NCBI RefSeq assembly: GCF_023585745.1
Contig: NZ_CP097762.1
Coordinates: forward strand, 300,001-332,000
DNA: 32,000 bases
Source of the DNA: Candidatus Saccharimonadota bacterium
GTDB lineage: Bacteria; Pseudomonadota; Gammaproteobacteria; Enterobacterales; Enterobacteriaceae
Direction of reading: 5' to 3'
The notes beneath the pieces are model-generated. The model saw only the letters and a program-made list of their open reading frames with translations. It ran no database searches and was not told the origin of the DNA. Position 1 is the stretch's first letter. Every line of letters begins with the position of its first letter. A program made the translations under genes and the position numbers. Below, piece by piece: positions 20,770 to 29,099 of this stretch.

Positions 20770-22848
20770 ATGAACTATCAAGTACTTGCTCGCAAATGGC
20801 GTCCAAAAAAATTTTCAGATGTAGTGGGACAAACCCATGTCATTACAGCGATTAAATACAGTTTCTTATTAAAAAAAATTCATCACGCCTACTTATTTAG
20901 CGGAACAAGAGGTATAGGGAAAACTACTATCGCAAGATTATTTGCAAAAGGATTAAACTGTACAACCGGCATAACATATGATATATGCTGCGCGTGCAAT
21001 AATTGTCATGATATTCAATCAAATTGTTTTATCGACCTCATCGAAATAGACGCAGCATCACGCGCTAAAGTAGAAGAAACAAGAGAATTTCTAGACAATG
21101 TACAATATACACCATCTCGAGGTCGCTTTAAAATATATCTAATAGATGAAGTACACATGCTATCTCGACATAGTTTTAATGCCTTACTAAAAACACTAGA
21201 AGAACCTCCTAAGCACGTTAAATTTATTTTAGTCACCACTGAATATCAAAAACTACCTGAAACCATATTATCTAGATGTCTTCAATTTCACTTAAAACCT
21301 TTAAGTATTTCGCAATTAATTAATCAACTTAAATACATTCTTAGTCAAGAAAAAATCACAATAGAAGCTTATGCCTTAGAAACAATAGCACATGCATCTA
21401 AAGGATGTTTGCGGGATGCACTAAGTTTAACAGAACAAGCGATCGTATTAGGAAATAATAATATAACTGATGAAGTTATTAATAATATGTTCGGCATCGT
21501 AAACATAAAGCATCCGTTATCCTTAGTTAAAAATTTAATTAATGGTGATATAAATACTATAATGCGCCAAATTCAAAATTTTTCCAATCTAGGAGTTAAC
21601 TGGGATCTTATTTTAAGCGAAATGCTTACCATTTTACAAAAAATATCCACAAACCAATTTTTAGCAAATTCTGAATTTACACAAATCCCATTATCCGAAA
21701 CAAATAACTATATAAATCAATGTATATATAAACTAAGTAAACTTATCAATCCAGAAATGGTACAATTATATTACCAAATATTATTATCAGGTCGCAAAGA
21801 ATTACCTTATGCTCCTAATAATCGCGTAGGAATAGAAATGATTATGCTAAGAGCCTTAGCATTTAAAGCTTCTAATCTAGATCATAGATATTACAAAAAA
21901 CCACAAAATAACATAGATATAAATATCACAGAGCCAAATCTTAGTACTAAAACATCAGAACAACATGAAAAAAAAAATAATATTACTCATTATATTAGTA
22001 ATGATCCCACACATGAAAGTCATGATATATTCAACATAATTAAAAAAAACACAACATTACATCTACACTCTAATTCTCATGTATCTAAACACTCACACGA
22101 TACTGCTATACCACAAATCTCTAAATCTATATCTAAAAATAATCCAAAAAACATTACTATTTACATATTAAAAGCACGAGAAACATTATTAAAAGCTGAA
22201 AGACATAAAACATCAAATAAAACATATAATGCTTCTAATACAATAGAAACATTAAATAAAACAACACATAAAATACTAGAAAGATTTTCTAATATTCCCA
22301 CAAAAACATTAAAAAATCTTCCTTATAATCCTAGTGTAAATAATACTATTTTATATACACCATTTAAAACCAATCTTATAGATAAGAACGCTCCAAAAAT
22401 CCTAAACAATAATAATAATAAAAAAAATAATGTAATACTGAACAATATACTCAAAGAAGTAATCAATAAAAATACATGGGTCTCACAAATATATAGATTA
22501 CAATTACCAGAAGATGCAAAAAAATTAGCTATGAACTCTTGGAAAGAACACATCTCTGAAAAAAAAATTTGTTTACATATTCGCTCTCACTATAAAAATT
22601 TAAATTTTCAAAAATTAATAGATATAATACAACACGCACTTAGCAAAGATATTGGCCAACCTATTTTACTAATAATCAAAAAAGATGATGATAACTCTAT
22701 CCAGACTCCACTGGAATATATTAAAACTGTGTATATAAAAAAAATATCAAAAATAAAAAAAGAACTTTCCTATGATTATAACATAAAAATTATTAAAGAT
22801 TTTTTTTCAGCAAAAATAGATATAAAAAGCACAAAAATTCTTGAATAA
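20770..22848 (+). CDS. dnaX: DNA polymerase III tau subunit
   Basis: 692 aa. MNYQVLARKWRPKKFSDVVGQ, Walker A GTRGIGKTT, a Cys-rich Zn module, and the LSRC sensor motif are present. The C-terminal block (WVSQIYRLQLP...NSWKE...ICLHIRS...TPLEY) parallels E. coli tau domain V. Confidence 0.95.
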   Translation: MNYQVLARKWRPKKFSDVVGQTHVITAIKYSFLLKKIHHAYLFSGTRGIGKTTIARLFAKGLNCTTGITYDICCACNNCHDIQSNCFIDLIEIDAASRAKVEETREFLDNVQYTPSRGRFKIYLIDEVHMLSRHSFNALLKTLEEPPKHVKFILVTTEYQKLPETILSRCLQFHLKPLSISQLINQLKYILSQEKITIEAYALETIAHASKGCLRDALSLTEQAIVLGNNNITDEVINNMFGIVNIKHPLSLVKNLINGDINTIMRQIQNFSNLGVNWDLILSEMLTILQKISTNQFLANSEFTQIPLSETNNYINQCIYKLSKLINPEMVQLYYQILLSGRKELPYAPNNRVGIEMIMLRALAFKASNLDHRYYKKPQNNIDINITEPNLSTKTSEQHEKKNNITHYISNDPTHESHDIFNIIKKNTTLHLHSNSHVSKHSHDTAIPQISKSISKNNPKNITIYILKARETLLKAERHKTSNKTYNASNTIETLNKTTHKILERFSNIPTKTLKNLPYNPSVNNTILYTPFKTNLIDKNAPKILNNNNNKKNNVILNNILKEVINKNTWVSQIYRLQLPEDAKKLAMNSWKEHISEKKICLHIRSHYKNLNFQKLIDIIQHALSKDIGQPILLIIKKDDDNSIQTPLEYIKTVYIKKISKIKKELSYDYNIKIIKDFFSAKIDIKSTKILE
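21968..21980 (+). other. A10 homopolymer inside dnaX with TAA immediately in the -1 frame (candidate slippage/recoding site)
   Basis: Read directly: gaa aaa aaa aat aat in frame 0. In the -1 frame the run is followed at once by TAA (21978-21980). It lies about 30 codons past the end of the conserved clamp-loader domains. See the findings. Confidence 0.3.
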
Positions 22849-23317
22849 AAATTCAAATAAACTGCAAATTATAAAAAGCATATCGTTTGTATTTATATGA
22901 AACTTTAATACATAAAGAATATATATCGTTATAATACTAACATCCGCTAAAAATAGTTACATTGACAATAGCATTAAACATAATTAACTCAAAATCTCAA
23001 CTAACATATTAGCACTGTCATAAAATATAAACTTTATTTATATAATATAATTGATTTTTTAATTTATTAGAATTATTCAAAATATATAAAAATTCATTAC
23101 TAATAAATATTAAATAATAATTTTGTAACTATCCAAATTAACATATACAACTAATAATATAAATTATTATTATTTTAATAATACTATAAATATATATTTA
23201 CCACCCTAAAAATTAATATTCATTTTCAACATAAACATGTTATCATCTAGTGTGTATGTTAATTTTAAATATTTATTGGTTTAATTTTTATAATATCCCA
23301 CTAAAAGGTAATATCTT

Positions 23318-23983
23318 GTGACACGTATAGTATTATTGGGACCACCTGGTTCAGGAAAAGGTACTCAAGCTCATCTTATTTCACAAAGACATAATATACC
23401 GAACATTTCTACAGGAATAATATTAAGACAAGCATTACATCAAAGCTCGTATAATCAAAATGATAATATTCCAAAAAATATTATAAATGTGGTAAAAACT
23501 GGACAATTAGTCCAAGACGATATAATCGTACAACTAATAAACACACGTATTAATAAAAATGATTGCCATAACGGATTTTTATTAGATGGATTTCCTAGAA
23601 CAATACCACAAGCTCTATATATGAAAAAATACAAAATACATATAAATTATGTAATAGAATTTGTAGTATCACAGTCAGTTGTTGTTACTAGAATCACCGG
23701 AAGACGCGTACACCTCGCTTCAGGAAGAACTTACCATACTAAATTTAATCCCCCTAAAAATCATGGTCTAGATGATATAACAGGCGATCGTCTTACCATC
23801 AGACAAGACGATCGCGCTAATACTATTAAACAAAGATTAAAAATCTATTACAAACATACTAAACCATTAACTCTTTTTTATCAAAAAGAAGCTAAAAACA
23901 AAAAAATACAATATTTTTCTATTAATGGAAATCGAACGATCCCTGAAATTTATAAAGAACTAATAAATATAATTCCGAATTAA
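23318..23983 (+). CDS. adk: adenylate kinase
   Basis: 221 aa with a GTG start at 23318 and AAAGG 9-10 nt upstream. P-loop GPPGSGKGTQ, NGFLLDGFPRTIPQA and GRRVH..SGRTYH.KFNPPK match E. coli Adk. Confidence 0.93.
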   Translation: MTRIVLLGPPGSGKGTQAHLISQRHNIPNISTGIILRQALHQSSYNQNDNIPKNIINVVKTGQLVQDDIIVQLINTRINKNDCHNGFLLDGFPRTIPQALYMKKYKIHINYVIEFVVSQSVVVTRITGRRVHLASGRTYHTKFNPPKNHGLDDITGDRLTIRQDDRANTIKQRLKIYYKHTKPLTLFYQKEAKNKKIQYFSINGNRTIPEIYKELINIIPN

Positions 23984-24140
23984 TACAAAAATAGAATATT
24001 ACTAATTTTAGTATACTGATTTTAATAGTAAAATTTATTTATTTTTAAAATTTAAATATATTTTTTAACTGTAACTTTATAAAAGAACAAACATTCTTTT
24101 CATAAAAATGCTAAAACTATAAAATTTACATATCCCAACA

Positions 24141-24174
24141 CAAAAATTTATACAATTCAATACAATTGAATTGT
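24141..24174 (-). terminator. hairpin (24152-24160 / 24166-24174, 9-bp stem, 5-nt loop) followed on the minus strand by ATAAATTTTTG; candidate intrinsic terminator for lpxH
   Basis: Read directly: acaattcaa-tacaa-ttgaattgt. It lies 35 nt beyond the lpxH stop (24209-24211), and the T-rich tract follows on the minus strand. Confidence 0.4.
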
Positions 24175-24208
24175 CAACAAAAATTAATATTCTTCAAAAA
24201 AAATTAAA

Positions 24209-24961
24209 CTATCTACGTACTACGTTTAATGGAAATTTCAAAAATATAATACTATTATTTTTTTCATCTATTTTAATCATAGATCCATATTTATTCCACT
24301 TACCTAATGCTATTATTTTTAATGTATCCGTTTTAGATTTACAAATCTTATAAATAACTGGCTTATGCGTATGGCCATGAATCATAACATCTGCGCGATT
24401 TGCAATTAACATATCTATTGCCAATTTTAAACTAATACTAACACTGTTCTTCGGTTTATTTTTAATTTTTCTACACTTTATACACCAAAAACGTACAAAA
24501 TTAAAAATTTTTAAACGCACAGTTAACGGTAACAATAAAAACAATTTTTGTATCAAAATATTCCGATAAAATTTTCGAAACAATTGATATAATCTATCAT
24601 TAACACATAATATATCACCATGCAAAATAATTATCTTTATTCCTGATGCTAATTTCAAAACTTTTTCTGCAGGCAATAATATCATACCACAAGATTCTGC
24701 ATATTTTCTTCCCAATAAAAAATCATGATTCCCATGAATAAAATAACAAGGAATTTTTTTATTTAACTCCTTTAAAGCATTAGCAACATCAATATGTAAT
24801 AAATTATTATCATCATCTCCTAACCAAATTTCAAATAAATCTCCTAAAATATACAAGGCTTGAGCACGAATTGCCTGATGCTTCAAAAAATATAAAAAAC
24901 CATTGGTAACATCTGGAGATCGCATACATAAATGCACATCTGAAATAAAAAAAAGAGACAT
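24209..24961 (-). CDS. lpxH: UDP-2,3-diacylglucosamine pyrophosphatase
   Basis: 250 aa with calcineurin-like metallophosphoesterase motifs (ISDVHL, LYILGDLFEIWLGDDD, FIHGNHDFLLG, HGHTH). It is collinear with E. coli LpxH. Confidence 0.92.
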   Translation of the reverse strand: MSLFFISDVHLCMRSPDVTNGFLYFLKHQAIRAQALYILGDLFEIWLGDDDNNLLHIDVANALKELNKKIPCYFIHGNHDFLLGRKYAESCGMILLPAEKVLKLASGIKIIILHGDILCVNDRLYQLFRKFYRNILIQKLFLLLPLTVRLKIFNFVRFWCIKCRKIKNKPKNSVSISLKLAIDMLIANRADVMIHGHTHKPVIYKICKSKTDTLKIIALGKWNKYGSMIKIDEKNNSIIFLKFPLNVVRR

Positions 24962-25257
24962 ATAATCTATATTAATAGTTGTTGCTCATATATCAACTCA
25001 ATTAAATGAAAAAATTAAAACATTAACCTTAAATAAATACTCGTGCGTACTAATAAATTCTAATTTACTCAAGATCTAACTATTTAGTAGTTTACATATA
25101 TTAAACAAAATATCTATAATATTATTATATTAAACATAAGAAATTATATAAAAACTTTTATATATTTTATAATAATACTTTTTTATTAAAAAAAGAAAGA
25201 TTTGATATTAATTGATTAAATTGTATTTTTTATTAAAATATCCAAAATTAAAAACAA

Positions 25258-25292
25258 AAAATATAACAATAAATATGTTATTGTTATATTTT
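25258..25292. repeat. perfect 15-bp inverted repeat / hairpin (loop ATATG) in the cysS leader
   Basis: Read directly: aaaatataacaataa-atatg-ttattgttatatttt. The 3' arm ends 25 nt before the cysS ATG (25318). Its function is unknown. Confidence 0.6.
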
Positions 25293-25317
25293 AGTTATAT
25301 AAAATAAAGAAATTAAA

Positions 25318-26712
25318 ATGCTTAAAATCTTTAATACCTTAACAAAAAAAAAAGAAAAAATTGTCCCTATCACTCACGGAAAAATTAACATATACGTTTG
25401 TGGAGTTACAACTTATGATTTATGTCATATTGGACATGCAAGAACCTTCATAATATTTGATATTATAATACGTTACCTACGCCATTGCGGTTATCAAATA
25501 AATTATACCAGAAATATTACAGATATAGACGATAAGATAATAAAAAAATCTCAAGAAAATCATGAAACTATTACACAGTTCACCGCACGCATGATTACAG
25601 AAATGCATATTGACTTAGACGCATTAAACATATTACGTCCAAATCATGAACCAAAAGTTACTGAATATATTGATGATATCATCACATTTATTGGTCAATT
25701 AATCAAAAAAAAACACGCATATATATCTCCTAATGGAGATGTAATATTTTCATTAAAAAATATAAGTAATTATGGAATCTTATCTAATCTGCGTAATACT
25801 TCTTATAAAACCAATAATACATTTAAAAAATCAATTTTTAAAAAAAATCCTATGGATTTTGTATTATGGAAAACTTCAAAATTAAACGAACCAAGATGGG
25901 CATCCCCATGGGGATTTGGCCGTCCTGGCTGGCATATTGAATGTTCTGCAATAAATTATGCTATCTTTGGGACAAAATTAGACATTCATGGCGGAGGATC
26001 AGATTTAATATTCCCACATCATGATAATGAAATAGCTCAATCTGAAAGCATTTATCATAGCCCTTATGCTAAAACATGGATTCATACTGGCATGCTATTA
26101 ATTAATAAAGAAAAAATGTCAAAATCATTAAATAATGTTTTTACCATACGTGATATTTTAAAGCGTTACAATTCAGAAACAATAAGATTTTTCTTACTAT
26201 CCGCTCATTATCGAAGCCAATTAAAATATGATGAACAAAACCTTAAAAATGCTCACAAATCTTTAAAACACCTCTATATCGCTTTACAAAACACTAATCC
26301 AGCCCTCCAACCAATTGGAGGAGAAAATTTTATAGAACAATTTATTTCTGCGATAAATGATGATTTTAACACTCCAGCAGCCTATTCCGTTCTATTTAAA
26401 ATTGCTAATAAATTAAATAATTTAAAAACTCAAAAACACCCGCTCACTCATGGTTTAGCCTCTACTTTAAAATATTTAGCTAATATTATTGGATTACTAT
26501 ACCAAAAACCAGAAATATTCTTACAACAAAATACATTCATAAAAAAAAATCGTTATGAAAAAATTCAAAAATTAATTCAATATCGTGAATATGCACGTAA
26601 AAATAACCAATGGAAACTAGCAGATAGAATAAGAAACATACTAAATAATTTAGGAATAAGATTGGAAGATAATAACACAGGCAAAACAAAATGGTATTTT
26701 GATAAAAGATAA
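25318..26712 (+). CDS. cysS: cysteinyl-tRNA synthetase
   Basis: 464 aa. MLKIFNTLT..., the class I HIGH motif (CHIGHART), the KMSKS motif and WHIECSA match E. coli CysS (461 aa). Confidence 0.96.
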   Translation: MLKIFNTLTKKKEKIVPITHGKINIYVCGVTTYDLCHIGHARTFIIFDIIIRYLRHCGYQINYTRNITDIDDKIIKKSQENHETITQFTARMITEMHIDLDALNILRPNHEPKVTEYIDDIITFIGQLIKKKHAYISPNGDVIFSLKNISNYGILSNLRNTSYKTNNTFKKSIFKKNPMDFVLWKTSKLNEPRWASPWGFGRPGWHIECSAINYAIFGTKLDIHGGGSDLIFPHHDNEIAQSESIYHSPYAKTWIHTGMLLINKEKMSKSLNNVFTIRDILKRYNSETIRFFLLSAHYRSQLKYDEQNLKNAHKSLKHLYIALQNTNPALQPIGGENFIEQFISAINDDFNTPAAYSVLFKIANKLNNLKTQKHPLTHGLASTLKYLANIIGLLYQKPEIFLQQNTFIKKNRYEKIQKLIQYREYARKNNQWKLADRIRNILNNLGIRLEDNNTGKTKWYFDKR

Positions 26713-26757
26713 AAAATTAAATTTATTACTAAATACCATATAAAATATATAATAATA

Positions 26758-27615
26758 TTATTCACGAATATGATAATAATATGCTTGTAAAGTATTTTGA
26801 ATGAGTGTTGCTACTGTCATCGGACCAACTCCACCTGGCACTGGTGTTATATAAGACGCTCTTTTGAGAGCACTAGGAAAATGTATATCACCTACAATGC
26901 TTCCATCATTTAATCTATTAATACCCACATCGATAACTATCGCCCCTTGTTTTATCCAAGAACCAGGTATAAAATTGGCTTTACCTACCGCTACAATTAG
27001 CAAATCAGCATTTTCTATATATATTTTTAAATTTTTAGTAAAACGATGAGTTATTGATACAGTACATCCTGCTAATAATAATTCCATGCTCATAGGTCGA
27101 CCTACTATATTCGATGCACCGACTACTACTGCATGTAAAATAAACATATCTATATTGTATCGTTCTAATAACGTAATAATACCCCGTGAAGTACAAGGTC
27201 TTAACACCGGGGAACGTTGACATAAACGACCAATATTATACGGATGAAAACCATCAACATCTTTATCAGGAGATATACGTTCTAAAATATTTATTTTGTT
27301 CAATTTGCTTGGCAGAGGCAACTGCAAAAGAATACCATCCACACGAATATCTTTATTTAAAACATCAATTAACTTAAAAATTTCATACTCTGTAACTGTA
27401 ATTGGTAAAATATACAGAAATGAAACAAAACCAACCTGTTCACATGCTTTTTTTTTACTAATAACATATATCTCAGAAATTGGATCATGTCCTATCAAAA
27501 TCATAGCTAATCCCGGAGCTCTATTACCAGAATTAATATTCTTATGAACTTGACATGCTATTTCTTTTTTAATTTCTTCGGAAATATGCTTACCATCAAT
27601 TATTTTAGCGACCAT
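26758..27615 (-). CDS. folD: bifunctional methylenetetrahydrofolate dehydrogenase/cyclohydrolase
   Basis: The ATG at 27615 (minus strand) gives MVAKIIDGK..., matching the E. coli FolD start (MAAKIIDGK...). The ORF-track start at 27669 adds 18 low-complexity residues with no counterpart. [14 protein letters not shown] and [16 protein letters not shown] are present. Confidence 0.94.
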   Translation of the reverse strand: MVAKIIDGKHISEEIKKEIACQVHKNINSGNRAPGLAMILIGHDPISEIYVISKKKACEQVGFVSFLYILPITVTEYEIFKLIDVLNKDIRVDGILLQLPLPSKLNKINILERISPDKDVDGFHPYNIGRLCQRSPVLRPCTSRGIITLLERYNIDMFILHAVVVGASNIVGRPMSMELLLAGCTVSITHRFTKNLKIYIENADLLIVAVGKANFIPGSWIKQGAIVIDVGINRLNDGSIVGDIHFPSALKRASYITPVPGGVGPMTVATLIQNTLQAYYYHIRE

Positions 27616-27794
27616 TTTAATAATTATCCAATTATTATATATTAATATAATATTATTGTAGATATTCATATTAATTATAAATTATGTTGATTTCCTTAAT
27701 TCACTAAATTTACCTTATAAAAAATATATAAAAGAAAATTTAATATAATTGCAGATATATTAAAATACTTTATACTTAGTATAATATGATTAAT

Positions 27795-27868
27795 GCGCCC
27801 TTAACTCAATCGGACAGAGTAACAGCCTTCTAAGCTGTAAGCTATAGGTTCAAGTCCTATAGGGCGCA
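27795..27868 (+). tRNA. argU: tRNA-Arg (anticodon UCU), argU-like; 3' CCA not encoded
   Basis: Cloverleaf folded by hand. Acceptor: GCGCCCT/AGGGCGC. D stem: ACTC/GAGT. Anticodon stem: ACAGC/GCTGT with loop CTTCTAA (anticodon TCT). T arm: ATAGG-TTCAAGT-CCTAT. Discriminator: A at 27868. The next bases are TCA, not CCA. The 5' half resembles E. coli argU (GCGCCCTTAGCTCAG...). A weak TTGCAG-16-TATACT promoter candidate lies at 27749-27776. Confidence 0.93.
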
Positions 27869-27984
27869 TCATAATAACACAAAACATAAATACAAATAAA
27901 TAATTTTTGCAATCACATGTATTTACATCACACATTAATAATGCTATTTATTAACAAACACTTTAATAAATAATTAATAATACT

Positions 27985-28923
27985 ATGATTATAGGAATTA
28001 TGTTTGCTATAATATCTGGATTATTATGGGGTCTAATATTTGTTGGTCCTCTATTAATACCAGAATATCCGAGTATCCTACAAGCATCAGGTCGTTATAT
28101 TGCGTTTGGGTTAATATCATTACCATTATCATGGTATAATAGAAAATACTTACGACAATTACTTCTACAAGATTGGTTAGAAGCAATAAAATTAGTAGTT
28201 ACAGGACATTTAATATATTATACATGTTTAACATGTGCTATTCAACGAATAGGAGCTCCGATTTCAACAGCTATCATAGGAACTATACCCTTAACATTGA
28301 CTATAGTAACATTCATTTTTTATCCAGATAAAAAAATATCAAAAAACACCCTATTAATTTCCTTATTTTTAATTGGAACAGGTTTATTATGTGTCAATAT
28401 TTCTGAACTTCAGTATAAAAAGTGCATATTCAGTATATGGCAATACATAAGTGGCATAATCTTAGCAATTGCATCAGTATTATGTTGGACATGGTATGCA
28501 TTAAGAAATACATATTGGTTAAAAACACATCCATCCTGTAAACCTATGACTTGGGCTAATGTGCAAGGAATAGTTATACTGCCATTATCTTGCTTAATTT
28601 ATTTTCTAGTATGTACCTTATATCCAAATTTAACTCAAGAAGAATTTAAATTACCTTTCGGACCTAGACCAATTTTTTTTATTTTACTAATGATAATAAT
28701 TGGATTTTGTTGCTCTTGGTTGGGTACGTTTTTTTGGAACGAAGCTAGTCAAAGACTTCCGGCTACATTAATTGGGCCATTAATAATATTTGAAACCATT
28801 TCCGGTTTAATTTATTCATTTATACATAGACGATCATGGCCATCACCACTAATAATAGTAGGCATATTTTTACTATTATCTGGAGTAACATATATTACAA
28901 AAATTTATAAAAATACACACTAA
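27985..28923 (+). CDS. 10-TM inner-membrane transporter of the DMT/EamA superfamily (possibly YtfF-like), substrate unknown
   Basis: 312 aa with about ten hydrophobic segments arranged as two 5-TM halves. The N-terminus ...GLLWGLIFVGPLLIPEYP... resembles E. coli YtfF as far as I recall. That assignment needs a database search. Confidence 0.75.
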   Translation: MIIGIMFAIISGLLWGLIFVGPLLIPEYPSILQASGRYIAFGLISLPLSWYNRKYLRQLLLQDWLEAIKLVVTGHLIYYTCLTCAIQRIGAPISTAIIGTIPLTLTIVTFIFYPDKKISKNTLLISLFLIGTGLLCVNISELQYKKCIFSIWQYISGIILAIASVLCWTWYALRNTYWLKTHPSCKPMTWANVQGIVILPLSCLIYFLVCTLYPNLTQEEFKLPFGPRPIFFILLMIIIGFCCSWLGTFFWNEASQRLPATLIGPLIIFETISGLIYSFIHRRSWPSPLIIVGIFLLLSGVTYITKIYKNTH

Positions 28924-29009
28924 CATATTTATATAAATTACCAAAAAAATTAAGATTTAAAAAAATAACACACATGAACAATTCAATGATTATTTCTTTT
29001 TAACTATAA

Positions 29010-29042
29010 AAATTTAAAAATCATGTGTTAGTAGAACACATG
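29010..29042 (-). terminator. hairpin (29022-29029 / 29035-29042, 8-bp stem, loop 5 nt) followed on the minus strand by ATTTTTAAATTTTT; candidate terminator of the mrdA-rodA operon
   Basis: Read directly: catgtgtt-agtag-aacacatg. It lies 58 nt beyond the rodA stop, with a T-rich run on the minus strand immediately after the stem. Confidence 0.4.
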
Positions 29043-29099
29043 CATAAAGCAAATCTCTATGTAATACTACATAATGTATTCATGTAGCTGTTGTAACTA

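Noticed and set aside
22677-22762. E. coli-like AAAAAAG heptamers near the dnaX 3' end (around 22678-22684 and 22754-22761) as the gamma frameshift site
   Set aside because: They lie within the last ~60 codons, after the tau-specific domain. A shift there would not generate a gamma-like product, and the reading-frame phase does not match A AAA AAG.
24171-24353. 60-aa plus-strand ORF overlapping the lpxH 3' end; likewise 8374-8580 (over the accB/aroQ junction) and 26577-26765 (over the cysS 3' end)
   Set aside because: All are short, overlap conserved genes on the opposite strand, and have no motifs.
27869-27984. Possible prophage/integrase remnant downstream of the argU-like tRNA, as in E. 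coli DLP12
   Set aside because: Only 116 bp separates the tRNA from the transporter gene. There is no ORF and no repeat of the tRNA 3' end.
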